Of a stretch of DNA of 64,000 nt, positions 28,904 to 38,693 are shown in pieces (position 1 is the stretch's first letter; every line of letters starts with the position of its first letter). Below the pieces are notes generated by a model. The model was not told where the DNA came from, ran no database searches, and worked only from the letters and a program-made list of their open reading frames with translations. The translations under genes were made by a program, and so were the position numbers. The DNA is from an uncultured bacterium (GTDB taxonomy: Bacteria; Abyssobacteria; SURF-5): positions 1-64,000 of the forward strand of contig CAZSKP010000025.1 in assembly GCA_964607485.1 (NCBI GenBank), in the 5' to 3' direction.

Positions 28904-29264
28904 CTTTTCCTCGACACAAAATAAGAGGCACCATCAGCGAAGACCGTCGAAAGCCCGCTGATGGCGCCGGGAAATGTGGGGATTACTCTTTCTTCCCCTT
29001 CATATTCTACCATTCATTCGAACGACTGTCAAACAATCACGTCAGCAGAGTATTTCCCCACATCTTCCCGAGCGTTTGGTCAGTGCGGCGCGTCGGCGGC
29101 CGAAGTCAAACCGCGAAACCATAACCGTCTGGAAAATACTGACATCAGGAATTGCAGAGAGGGGGGATGCGCTTACAAAGAGGCAGGCGTCTGGATCCCA
29201 AGATATGGGAGAAAGCATGCATCGGTTGTTTTTCAAAATGCAGGGTAATTCTTAGGGGGAAACA

Positions 29265-30308
29265 ATGAAGCTCAGATTCCTTTTGCTAGTGACAGTGTTC
29301 CTGGCAGCAATCTGTCTGACGGTGTTTTCACCGACGCAGGCCACAGCCGAACCGACTTTCTTCGCGCAGTACTGCGCGGGCTGTCACACGAATGATAGTG
29401 CCACATGCAACGGCTGCCATGCGCACGGCGTGTGGCAGAGCTCTTCGAGACAGGTCATGAACCTGACGGCTACCACCGACCTCGACCAGTATCAGCCCGG
29501 CCAGACGGTGACGGTCACATTCAGTGGAGGGTATCGCCACGGATGGATTCGAGCGATACTGTACGATCACAATTCGCAGGAGGTTGACAGGATCACCGGC
29601 CCGACCGGCATGGGCGACGACGGCACTGGGTCCTCCGACCTGGAGTTCCCGGTGCTGCTCTCGGCAGCGGCTCCTTCGACACCGGGTTTCTACACATGGA
29701 GCGTCTCCTGGTTCGGCTCGCCGTTCGATACAAACAACTCGAACGTATATCCTCACGTTCAGGAAAACGTCCCGACCAACGAGTTCGAAGTCCTTCCCGT
29801 TAGCTGTAACGACGCCGACGGCGACGGCTACGAAGATGCCGCGTGTAATCCCGACCCCGCGAACGGGGGCGGCGACTGTGACGACACCGACGCATCGGTC
29901 AATCCGGGAATGACGGAGGTCTGCGACGACGGCATCGATAACGATTGCGACGGGCTTGTAGACGCAAACGACCCGGACTGTGGAACGGCACTGACGCAGA
30001 TAACTCTCAATTCTCCACAGAATCTTGCTAACGTTTCCTCACCTCCGACGTTCTCCTGGACGCCCGACGGAGGCACGAATTGCGTCTTCGCGGTTGACCT
30101 GGCCCTGTCGCCCACGGGTCCGATTTACTCCACTTACGAGAACATGCATCAACCCATTCACGTCACGACGTGGACCATGCCCGCGTCGATATGGAACAAA
30201 ATCCCTTCAGGAAAGCGGGTGTACTGGCGGGTGCGCGGCGCAGACATGGACGTAGTGCCGCGAAACATCATCACGTCCAATAGCGTGCGGTCGTTCTACA
30301 AGCAATGA
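29265..30308 (+). CDS. Exported diheme cytochrome c with acidic Cys-rich metal-binding repeat and C-terminal beta domain
   Basis: Signal peptide; CAGCH and CNGCH; 'CNDADGDGY..DCDDTDASVNPGMTEVCDDGIDNDCDG' (MopE-like putative metal-binding motif); GGGGG RBS. Confidence 0.8.
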   Translation: MKLRFLLLVTVFLAAICLTVFSPTQATAEPTFFAQYCAGCHTNDSATCNGCHAHGVWQSSSRQVMNLTATTDLDQYQPGQTVTVTFSGGYRHGWIRAILYDHNSQEVDRITGPTGMGDDGTGSSDLEFPVLLSAAAPSTPGFYTWSVSWFGSPFDTNNSNVYPHVQENVPTNEFEVLPVSCNDADGDGYEDAACNPDPANGGGDCDDTDASVNPGMTEVCDDGIDNDCDGLVDANDPDCGTALTQITLNSPQNLANVSSPPTFSWTPDGGTNCVFAVDLALSPTGPIYSTYENMHQPIHVTTWTMPASIWNKIPSGKRVYWRVRGADMDVVPRNIITSNSVRSFYKQ

Positions 30309-30318
30309 ACTGACTCCT

Positions 30319-30367
30319 CCGCTCTCCCCCATTTCGCGGCTGGGACCGCCGTTATGGGGGAGAGCGG
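30319..30367 (+). terminator. Strong hairpin after the diheme gene (terminator-like, no U tract)
   Basis: CCGCTCTCCCCCAT...ATGGGGGAGAGCGG, 14-bp stem. Confidence 0.45.
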
Positions 30368-30693
30368 CCCATCGCGAGACAAACAGAGACCCAATCTGAA
30401 ATTCTTCTAAGTATCCTTTCCGTAGAGTCCGTCTTCTTGAAACAAATGCGTCATCATATTCAGTCGGTGCAAGTCCGAAAGGCTCAGAACATCATCTTTT
30501 TCGCCTAGTCGATGGCAGGCGCTAGGGCCTATGCCGCCGTATTTCTTCCCCGTCGTCTGAAACTTTTCCTCATCCCATTCGTTTAACCGGTTAGAAGCCA
30601 TGGCGGACCCCGGGTGGCAAGTCCGCCGGCTTCATACGAAGCCAAAACAATTTCCGCGGTTTAGCGCAGTGGACCATGAAGGAGGGCGGTAAA

Positions 30694-32994
30694 ATGAAAC
30701 TCCTGAACAAATGTCTCGCGCTGGTAGTACTAATTGTGTTATCGGTTTCAATTCCCGCGTTTGGACAGGACGCCGAACCCGCCAACGACGACACGCTCTC
30801 TCCATATTTCTTTGTGCATAGCGACGACCCGACCGTCGACCGGCTGCCCCTGCAAAGCACGCGCGCCGATGTTGACATCGCGGGCGTGATCGCGCGAGTG
30901 CGGGTGACACAGGTGTACAAGAATGCGGGCAAACGCCCCATCGAGGCCACGTACGTGTTTCCGGCGTCGACGCGCGCCGCAGTTTTCGGCATGAGGATGA
31001 CCATCGGCGAAAGGGTCATCGAAGCGAAAATCCGCGAACGGCAACAGGCGCGAGCTGAATACGAACAGGCCAGGGCGCAGGGGAAAAGCGCCACGTTGCT
31101 CGAACAGCAGCGGCCCAACGTGTTTCAGATGAACGTTGCGAACATCATGCCCGGAGATATCATCAAGGTTGAGCTCGATTACGTGGAGCTGCTCGTGCCC
31201 GAGGACGGAACCTATGAATTCGTTTATCCGACCGTCGTCGGCCCGCGTTATTCGAACACGCCGAGAGAAGGCGCCTCGGACAGAGACAAATGGGTGGAGA
31301 ACCCGTATCTGAAGGAAGGCGAACCGGAGCCGTTCACGTTCGACATCAAGGTCGCCCTCAACTCCGGCATTCCCATCAGCAGAATGGCCTGCTCGTCGCA
31401 CGAAACGAACATCGCGTATGACGGACCTTGGACGGCAACCGTTACCCTGAAGAACAATGAAGGCGCCGGCACGAAAGATTTCATTCTGCGCTACAGCCTC
31501 GAGGGAGACCGCATCCAGTCGGGAGTGTTGCTTTATCCGGGCGAGGACGAAAACTTCTTCCTCGTCATGATGGAACCGCCCGCCAGGGTGACCGAAGCCA
31601 CGATACCACCCCGCGAGTACATCTTCGTCCTCGACGTGTCCGGCTCGATGAGCGGATTCCCTCTCGACACCGCGAAGAAGCTCATGCGCGGCCTCATCAC
31701 TCAGCTCAAGGAGACCGACACCTTCAACGTCGTGCTCTTCTCGGGAAGGGCGGCCGTGCTGTCGGAAAAGTCGCTGCCCGCAACGCGCGAGAATATCGAC
31801 AGCGCGATGAACACCATCGACGGCATGCGGGGCGGTGGCGGCACCGAGCTCATCAACGCCCTAAAAACCGCCTTCTCGCTGCCGCGACAGGAGGAGAACG
31901 TGTCCCGCACGACCGTTATCGTTACGGACGGATACGTAAGCTGCGAGGAGGACGCATTCGAGCTTATACGACAAAACCTCAACCGCTCTAACCTTTTTGC
32001 GTTCGGCATCGGCTCCAGCGTCAACCGCCACCTCATCGAGGGAATGGCTCATTGCGGAAGAGGCGAGCCGCTGATTGTGACCGATCCGAGCGAGGCCGCG
32101 TCAAGAGCGGAGAAGTTCCGCGAGTACATCCGCGAGCCGGTTTTGACCCAGATAAAGGTCGACTTCAAAGGCCTCGACACATACGACGTAGAGCCGCCGT
32201 CGGTCCCCGACGTTCTGGCCAACCGGCCCGTCATCGTGTTCGGCAAGTACAAAGGTAAGCCGTCGGGCACGGTCCGCGTCTCGGGTTACTCAGGCTCGGG
32301 AGAGTATGAAGTGCAGCTTCAAGTCGAACCCGGAATGGCGGAAGAGTCCAACGTCGCCCTGCGCTACCTCTGGGCACGGCATCGGATCAAAACACTTTCC
32401 GATTACAACAAACTTCGCCGTGACGATGAGCGGGTGAAGCAGGTGACCAGCCTCGGGCTGACCTATAACCTTCTGACGGATTACACCTCGTTCGTGGCCA
32501 TCGACTCGCTCGTGAGGAACACAGAAGGCGAACCGACTTCCGTCGCCCAGCCTCTGCCTTTGCCCCAAGGGGTGTCGAACCTGGCGGTCGGCCGGACGGC
32601 GATGAAGTCGGCAGCGCCGCAGGCGATGAGATATGCGCTTCCGGCAGGGGATGCCAGAGCGATGTCCTCCTTGCACACTGAGGGATACTCCTCGGGCTCG
32701 AAGACGCAGGTTCCGAAGGTTCTGTCTGCTCCCTTGAACCTGTTGAAGAATTCCAAGCACGACAGCGACGTCGTGAACGGAAAGGAACTCTCCTCGCCCG
32801 ATGTGGCGGCCGTTGAAGAAAAGGTCGTTGCCGGCGAGAGCGAGCCTACCTTCAAGAAGACAGCGCCCGTCGGCAGCAATGTCTTCGTTAAACTGCTGCT
32901 TGCCGGAGGTCCGATACTAATCATATGCCTTCTGCTCTGGCGTCGGCATAACCGTATGAAGACCATGCCTAACGAAAAGGAGAACGCCGGCTAG
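30694..32994 (+). CDS. Exported VIT + VWA domain protein with C-terminal membrane anchor
   Basis: Signal peptide, VIT 'EATYVFP', MIDAS 'DVSGSM', 'TDG', 'FAFGIG', C-terminal TM followed by WRR. Confidence 0.9.
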   Translation: MKLLNKCLALVVLIVLSVSIPAFGQDAEPANDDTLSPYFFVHSDDPTVDRLPLQSTRADVDIAGVIARVRVTQVYKNAGKRPIEATYVFPASTRAAVFGMRMTIGERVIEAKIRERQQARAEYEQARAQGKSATLLEQQRPNVFQMNVANIMPGDIIKVELDYVELLVPEDGTYEFVYPTVVGPRYSNTPREGASDRDKWVENPYLKEGEPEPFTFDIKVALNSGIPISRMACSSHETNIAYDGPWTATVTLKNNEGAGTKDFILRYSLEGDRIQSGVLLYPGEDENFFLVMMEPPARVTEATIPPREYIFVLDVSGSMSGFPLDTAKKLMRGLITQLKETDTFNVVLFSGRAAVLSEKSLPATRENIDSAMNTIDGMRGGGGTELINALKTAFSLPRQEENVSRTTVIVTDGYVSCEEDAFELIRQNLNRSNLFAFGIGSSVNRHLIEGMAHCGRGEPLIVTDPSEAASRAEKFREYIREPVLTQIKVDFKGLDTYDVEPPSVPDVLANRPVIVFGKYKGKPSGTVRVSGYSGSGEYEVQLQVEPGMAEESNVALRYLWARHRIKTLSDYNKLRRDDERVKQVTSLGLTYNLLTDYTSFVAIDSLVRNTEGEPTSVAQPLPLPQGVSNLAVGRTAMKSAAPQAMRYALPAGDARAMSSLHTEGYSSGSKTQVPKVLSAPLNLLKNSKHDSDVVNGKELSSPDVAAVEEKVVAGESEPTFKKTAPVGSNVFVKLLLAGGPILIICLLLWRRHNRMKTMPNEKENAG

Positions 32995-33169
32995 CAATTA
33001 GCTGCGTGAATAAACACAGCTCGGAAATCCCCCCTTCCCCCCCTTCCAACAGGGGGGATATCCGAGTTTTCCCCTTTTCCCTCCGTTCTCGACCGACCAT
33101 GTTGAAATCGAAAGGCATGACGGGTATCATGTCTCCCAGACAAGAGAATGCCCAAGGATCTCATATTGA

Positions 33170-33237
33170 GATGGGGACTGTCCCAAGAATTACGGCCCGA
33201 GCTTGTCGAGGGCGTAGATTCGGGACTGTCCCCATCG
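33170..33237. repeat. REP-like inverted repeat pair
   Basis: GATGGGGACTGTCCC...GGGACTGTCCCCATC; a further C-run/G-run hairpin at about 33028-33060. Confidence 0.5.
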
Positions 33238-33271
33238 CGGGCTATCCATCAGACAGATTCCTTCCATCCAA

Positions 33272-33643
33272 ATGTGGCTCAGCCGAAAGAAATTTGAAGC
33301 GATAGTCGCCGAAGCGCTCGACGAGCTTCCCGACGAAATAGCAGAAGCGCTTAACAACGTTTCTGTCGTCGTCGAAGCATGGCCCTCGCGCGATGTCATG
33401 AAGAAGATGAATCTGCGCAGTCGCTACTCACTGCTGGGGCTGTATGAAGGAATACCGCTCACTCGCAGGGACACAAGTTACGGCGGCGTGCTTCCCGATA
33501 AGATAACCATTTTCCAGGGGCCGATAGAGGCGACGGGAAGAACCGAGTCGGAGTTGAGAGAGCAGATAAAGAGCGTCGTCGTGCACGAGATTGCTCACCA
33601 CTTCGGAATCGACGATCGCAGAATACGCGAACTCGGCTACTGA
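33272..33643 (+). CDS. Zincin-like metallopeptidase family protein
   Basis: 'LLGLYEGIPL', 'PDKITIF', 'HEIAHHFG'. Confidence 0.9.
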   Translation: MWLSRKKFEAIVAEALDELPDEIAEALNNVSVVVEAWPSRDVMKKMNLRSRYSLLGLYEGIPLTRRDTSYGGVLPDKITIFQGPIEATGRTESELREQIKSVVVHEIAHHFGIDDRRIRELGY

Positions 33644-33648
33644 GGGAT

Positions 33649-33975
33649 TCAGTCATCCCAGGGGATATCGAGGTGGAGCAAAGGGGCGTGCTGTTGGGCG
33701 CCGAAGACGTCGCTGTCGCCGGCGGTGCCGGAGCTTACCGGCCGCGCGATGGTAGCCTTGACCGCATACGCCTGGTCGAAAAAGCAGAAATTGAGAACGC
33801 TACTGACAGGGACGCGATAGAGTTCCGCGAACAGCTCGCGCGAGAAGACGCCGCTTCTTTTCACGCGCTCGTACGTTTCGGCGTCTTTGAATATGATGTC
33901 GAACGTCAGCTCGAACGGGCCTGCGTTCTTGCTCCTGATAACGCGGGCAAGCTCGGTGATGTTTCTCGTTGCCAT
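33649..33975 (-). CDS. DUF4387 family protein
   Basis: 'IRSKNAGPFELTFDIIF', 'DVFGAQQHAPL'. Confidence 0.85.
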   Translation of the reverse strand: MATRNITELARVIRSKNAGPFELTFDIIFKDAETYERVKRSGVFSRELFAELYRVPVSSVLNFCFFDQAYAVKATIARPVSSGTAGDSDVFGAQQHAPLLHLDIPWDD

Positions 33976-33982
33976 AAGAATC

Positions 33983-35362
33983 TCACATCTCGATGATATC
34001 CATCGGAAACAGGCGGCAGGGGTCGTCTTCCTCCATCAGATGGTAGATGTTGAACTCATACACGGGTCCAGCGGGGATATCGAGCGGAGAGAACGGAAAC
34101 GCGAGGTTGCCCGCGGTCGAGATGCGGCCGGGAAATCCATAGTGAAGCATGATGGTGTGCGCGCAGCCGCAGATGCCGGTCGCCAGCTCCTGGTGGGGCG
34201 CCACCGCCTCGATCACTATTCCCAGCTCACGCGGCGGCAATCCGCCCTCGGCTTCGAGTTCGCGCATGACGCCGTCGCGTCCATAGACGTGAAAGAAGAG
34301 CTTGTATGAATCCGCGCGATTGCCGAACTTCGCGCTCACCTCTTTTCTCGCCTCGCGGATGAGCTCGTCTATTCGACCAATGGTGCCGGGGTCGCGAACT
34401 CCGGCGATGCAGATGGTGCGGTATCCCGTCCGCTTCGAGCCCTCGAGCTTTATCCTGTACGCGGCGTCCGGAACGTATCGACTTCCCGAGACCCTCACCG
34501 TGCGGTCTCCCTGCTGCTCGAACCTGACACCAGAGAGGTCCACCATGCCGCCGGGACCATACAGATGCAGCGGGTCGGACTTCTCGTACAGGCTGTGAGC
34601 GGCGACCGACGTCGTGCTGCAAATTCGCGCGGGATTGAGCGGTTCGACGAGAAAGTGGTCCTTCCTCAATGTTCCAATCATGGCGTCGCTTCCGCTTCCC
34701 GGCTCGGCAGCTATCGCCGCGCACTCGAGAATTTTCGCCATATGGAGCGCGAGCCCTTTGTCGAATCCTTCAACGAAAGGAAGCGCGGCGAACATACTGG
34801 GGTCGTTCGCCCTGCCCGCGACGATTACCTGCGCGTCCGCCTCGAGCGCCTTCACGAAAGGCTCGACGCCCATCTGCCCGACGATGCGAACGCTGGCATC
34901 CACTTCTTCCTCGGTCAGTTCAGGCACGGGACCGAGCGGACGTATTTTCCCGTCGCGCAGCTTCTGCTTCACGTGGTCCTTCCCAACTTCGGCATGGATG
35001 ACAGCCATCCTGAAATGAAGCCCCATCTGCTCGGCCAGGTTTCGAATCAGCATGACGGTCGCCTGAAGATGAAGCTCCGCGCCCGCGAAACCGGCCGACC
35101 CGATTATAAGCGGAATGCCCGCGCCGGTGGCCGCCTCGAGCAGCGGGCCGACGTCGCCCGACAGCATTTCGAAGAAAGCCGAGGCGCCGCCTCCCATGCC
35201 ACCACTGCCTGGCTCGATTCCTAGGTAGTAGGGACCTCCGTCGGTCGAACCGCCATCGACGGCGACGACGTGCGGTTTCCGCCTCATGCCTTCCTCAAGC
35301 GATGCGCGCGGATAGCCGTATCCAAGTATCGCGGTGGGCGAAAGAACCCGTATCTCTTCCAT
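33983..35362 (-). CDS. AtuA-like (DUF1446) family protein
   Basis: 'LSPTAILGYG', 'DGGSTDGGPYYLG', 'IVGQMG', 'AHSLYEKSDP'; usual partner of DUF4387. Confidence 0.85.
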   Translation of the reverse strand: MEEIRVLSPTAILGYGYPRASLEEGMRRKPHVVAVDGGSTDGGPYYLGIEPGSGGMGGGASAFFEMLSGDVGPLLEAATGAGIPLIIGSAGFAGAELHLQATVMLIRNLAEQMGLHFRMAVIHAEVGKDHVKQKLRDGKIRPLGPVPELTEEEVDASVRIVGQMGVEPFVKALEADAQVIVAGRANDPSMFAALPFVEGFDKGLALHMAKILECAAIAAEPGSGSDAMIGTLRKDHFLVEPLNPARICSTTSVAAHSLYEKSDPLHLYGPGGMVDLSGVRFEQQGDRTVRVSGSRYVPDAAYRIKLEGSKRTGYRTICIAGVRDPGTIGRIDELIREARKEVSAKFGNRADSYKLFFHVYGRDGVMRELEAEGGLPPRELGIVIEAVAPHQELATGICGCAHTIMLHYGFPGRISTAGNLAFPFSPLDIPAGPVYEFNIYHLMEEDDPCRLFPMDIIEM

Positions 35363-35611
35363 TGTCTTTCCTCGATTGCGGGTCGCGTCAAAGAGTGCGA
35401 ATGTTCGGCGCTGCTATATTACCCCGAAGGCGGCAGGAATGTCCACGTGTGGTGAATACGTCCGTGCCAACCCGCGCCCTCATGGTTTAATCTCCCGGAT
35501 TTTTGCAGCGGACTTTACGGAAACCGTGTCATGAGGTATAATATTATTTCGTTGTTTCGCATGGAAGCGACAGGTGGGAATGATTCTTTTGAACGGAAGC
35601 GAGGGAATACG

Positions 35612-36742
35612 ATGGCACGAATGAATTTTGGGGGTGTGCGAGAAAAGGTTGTCACAAGGGGCGAGTTCCCGCTGTCAAGAGCCAGAAAGGTGCTGAAGAA
35701 GGAAACGGTCGCCGTGTTGGGTTACGGCGTACAGGGACCGGCGCAGGCGTTGAACATGCGCGACAACGGCATCAACGTCATCGTCGGCCAGTGGCCGGGC
35801 GACAAGCCGTACTGGAAAAAGGCGATCGCCGACGGATGGAAGCCGGGAAAGACGCTCTTCTCCCTGGAAGAGGCGACCGAACGCGGGACCATCATCCAGT
35901 TCCTCATTTCCGACGCCGGCCAGATGGCGCAGTGGCCCAGGATAAAACCGTACGTCAAGCGGGGCGACGCTCTGTATTTCTCACACGGATTCTCGATCGT
36001 GTACAGCAGACAGACCGGCGTGAAACCGCCGAGGAACATCGACGTGATAATGGTGGCGCCGAAGGGCTCGGGCACGACGGTACGCCGCAATTTCCTCGAG
36101 GGTACCGGCATCAACAGCAGCTACGCAGTGCACCAAGATTACACCGGTCGCGCCGAGGAGAGGACGCTGGCGCTCGGCATCGCCATCGGTTCGGGCTACC
36201 TCTTCCCCACCACGTTCAAGAAGGAAGTCTATAGCGACCTCACCGGTGAACGCGGCGTGCTGATGGGGGCGCTCGCGGGAATAATGGAGGCGCAGTACAA
36301 ATGCCTCCGCAAGCACGGCCACAGCCCGAGCGAAGCTTTCAATGAGACGGTCGAGGAACTCACGCAGAGCCTCATCCGGCTCGTCGGCGAGAATGGCATG
36401 GACTGGATGTACGCCAATTGCAGCACCACCGCCCAGCGCGGCGCGCTCGATTGGCGGCACGACTTCCGCAAGGCCGTCACGCCAGTGTTCGACAAACTGT
36501 ACAAGAGCGTCGCGTTGGGCGAACAGACGGCCATAGTACTCAAGGCCAACAGCGCGCGCGACTACAAGAAAAAGCTCGACAAAGAGCTCTCTGAAATGAG
36601 AAATTCGGAGATGTGGCGCGCCGGCGCGGCCGTCAGGTCGCTCAGGCCCGAGAGAGCGACGAAGCCAAAAAAGAAAACCGCAAAGTCAAAAGCGAAGAGG
36701 AGAACCACCAAGAAGAGAACCGCAAGAAAGAAGAAGCGGTAA
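35612..36742 (+). CDS. ilvC: Ketol-acid reductoisomerase with a basic C-terminal tail
   Basis: 'GYGVQG', 'FSHGF', 'MVAPKGSG', 'SDLTGERGVLMG', 'CSTTAQRGA'. Confidence 0.95.
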   Translation: MARMNFGGVREKVVTRGEFPLSRARKVLKKETVAVLGYGVQGPAQALNMRDNGINVIVGQWPGDKPYWKKAIADGWKPGKTLFSLEEATERGTIIQFLISDAGQMAQWPRIKPYVKRGDALYFSHGFSIVYSRQTGVKPPRNIDVIMVAPKGSGTTVRRNFLEGTGINSSYAVHQDYTGRAEERTLALGIAIGSGYLFPTTFKKEVYSDLTGERGVLMGALAGIMEAQYKCLRKHGHSPSEAFNETVEELTQSLIRLVGENGMDWMYANCSTTAQRGALDWRHDFRKAVTPVFDKLYKSVALGEQTAIVLKANSARDYKKKLDKELSEMRNSEMWRAGAAVRSLRPERATKPKKKTAKSKAKRRTTKKRTARKKKR

Positions 36743-36780
36743 AACGAACACTGATGAGCCTGCGAGGGCGAAGCTCTCCA

Positions 36781-37767
36781 TCATTCGGCGGATATGGTAA
36801 GCACATCGCCCTCGCGGCGAACGGTCGCGCCAAAAGCCCGCGAAGATTCTTGCATCCGCCTCATCACGAATGAAGCCTCTTCCCCGTACACCCTGTTCGC
36901 CTGAAAATTCTCTATCTTCGTCGGCGTCAGGGTCAGCTTCCAATCGGCGTCGCGCCAGTCCAGCATGAACAGGAACGAAAGGTCGTTCCTCTCTCTGGCG
37001 TCAACGGCGTAATCGTCGATGAAATCGCCGGTGCTGTAAAGGATCGGCTTGCCGCGGCACACCTCCACTCCCTGCGGCGTGTGATTCGAGTGCCCCCAGT
37101 AGCAGTCGGCGCCCATCTCGACAAGCTCGTGCGCGAGCACCCGCATCGCCGGCGACGGCGGCCCCCAGTTCGGACCGACGTGGGCGCAGACGATGACGAT
37201 GTCGGCGGCGCTTCTTGCCTCGTTCATGGTACGCTCAACGTATGAGCGGTACGGCTCGCGAAGGCCGCCCGAATCGTAATCGACGTAGAACGTGCCGTAA
37301 TCGGAGCCTTTGGCCTCCCACGCCGGCTCGTTGTCGGTCAGCGAGACGATTGCGAGCTTCTTGCCGTTTCTTGCGAGCACCGCCCGGCGGCGCGACTCGG
37401 CCTCGCCCCTTCCGGCACCGGCGTGGGCGATTCCCGCTCGGTCGAGCAGTTCCAGACATTCCGCGAGCGCCTTGGTTCCGTAATCCATCGAATGATTGTT
37501 GGCAAGCGAGACAAAGTCTATCTTCGCGGCTCTCAGCCATTCAATCGCTCCCGGATTCGCGCGAAAATGGAACATCTTGGCGAGCGGCCGCCAAGGTCGG
37601 CCGGAACCGGCGACGACGCACTCCAGATTGATGAGCCGGAGGTCAGCGGTCTGGAGCAGAGGTAGGCAATCCCCCCACACGTACGCTGCGCTGGCGTCGG
37701 GATCCCGAACGACAAATTCATCGACGAGACGCCCCAACATCACATCGCCCGTGATCGCCATCCTCAT
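36781..37767 (-). CDS. CapA-family metallophosphoesterase
   Basis: 'GDVMLGR', 'INLEC', 'SLANNHSMDYG', 'GHSNH', 'YSTGDF'. Confidence 0.88.
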   Translation of the reverse strand: MRMAITGDVMLGRLVDEFVVRDPDASAAYVWGDCLPLLQTADLRLINLECVVAGSGRPWRPLAKMFHFRANPGAIEWLRAAKIDFVSLANNHSMDYGTKALAECLELLDRAGIAHAGAGRGEAESRRRAVLARNGKKLAIVSLTDNEPAWEAKGSDYGTFYVDYDSGGLREPYRSYVERTMNEARSAADIVIVCAHVGPNWGPPSPAMRVLAHELVEMGADCYWGHSNHTPQGVEVCRGKPILYSTGDFIDDYAVDARERNDLSFLFMLDWRDADWKLTLTPTKIENFQANRVYGEEASFVMRRMQESSRAFGATVRREGDVLTISAE

Positions 37768-37874
37768 ATCCACCACCAACCGGCTCTGCCGTCTGCAACT
37801 GCCTCACCATCGTACTACTTGCCCATCTATCAACTTTACGGAAGAAATAAGAAATCGGCAATCCAATTGATGTG

Positions 37875-38588
37875 TTAGAAAGCCTCTTTATATCGAAGCC
37901 TTTCTTGCACGAGCTTTTCAATGGCAGAAATGATAGGCGAGATGTTGTCGTTGAGCTTTCTGTATGATTCGTGAATCATTCTACGGTCTGTATCTTCCTC
38001 TCCGACTTCTCTAGTTACTAAGACATCCCACATTAGTTCATCAGCCTTATTGAACTGCTCCTTCAGTTCTTCGCTCAAGAAAATGCGATTTCTTGTAATG
38101 TAGCTGTGAAAGTCTGAGATTCTTGATCTTGCTTCGCTAAGACGCTGCCAAAATATTGTATCTTTGAAACAGTTGATTTTGTCATCAGCGCTAATTAGGT
38201 CAGCAATTTGGTAGTCCTCCCACTCGTAGTCCTTTAAAATACTTCTAATCTCAATCTCTCTTAGCCGGTTAAAATCCGGATAATTTTGAAGAGGCGAGAC
38301 AAGGCTGGCAATATAATCCTGTGCATCATGAAGCTTAGTCCAGGCAGCGGGCAGGACTTCGTACTCTTTTTCATGTATCTTTAGTACCCTATTAAAGAGA
38401 GTGTTTATTTTATATCTGAAATCTTCGAGTTCTTTATCTTGAGCCGATTTATATTCTTCGAGTTTTGTCGCAAATCTATTTTCAATCCATTTCTTCCCCA
38501 AGAAAATAAAGAGACAATATGCTATGCCTACAGCACTGCCCCCGTACAGAACGAGTTTACCAACAGATTCAAGAACTATATTAGTCAT
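37875..38588 (-). CDS. Hypothetical protein with N-terminal TM, low GC
   Basis: Open frame with AAGGA RBS; AT-rich codon usage unlike the flanks. Confidence 0.7.
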   Translation of the reverse strand: MTNIVLESVGKLVLYGGSAVGIAYCLFIFLGKKWIENRFATKLEEYKSAQDKELEDFRYKINTLFNRVLKIHEKEYEVLPAAWTKLHDAQDYIASLVSPLQNYPDFNRLREIEIRSILKDYEWEDYQIADLISADDKINCFKDTIFWQRLSEARSRISDFHSYITRNRIFLSEELKEQFNKADELMWDVLVTREVGEEDTDRRMIHESYRKLNDNISPIISAIEKLVQERLRYKEAF

Positions 38589-38603
38589 ATATTGTCCTTC
38601 ACT

Positions 38604-38677
38604 TTCTACCCTTGCGCTGACCGAGCGAGGGTTGATCGCCAGCGAAACAACAGTCAGCGTCCAGCAAATTGTTTGAC
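38604..38677 (-). mobile_element. Degenerate integron attC-like site
   Basis: GTCAAAC-AATTT-GCTGGACG...GGTCAGC-GCAAG-GGTAGAA between two co-oriented low-GC ORFs. Confidence 0.5.
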
Positions 38678-38693
38678 GTGCGCTTTCCAATGC

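Noticed and set aside
28230-29255. Several short ORFs in the large intergenic gap
   Set aside because: No homology cues; they overlap promoter, enhancer and hairpin elements.
30407-30601. 64-aa minus-strand ORF
   Set aside because: No motif or clear RBS; unsupported.
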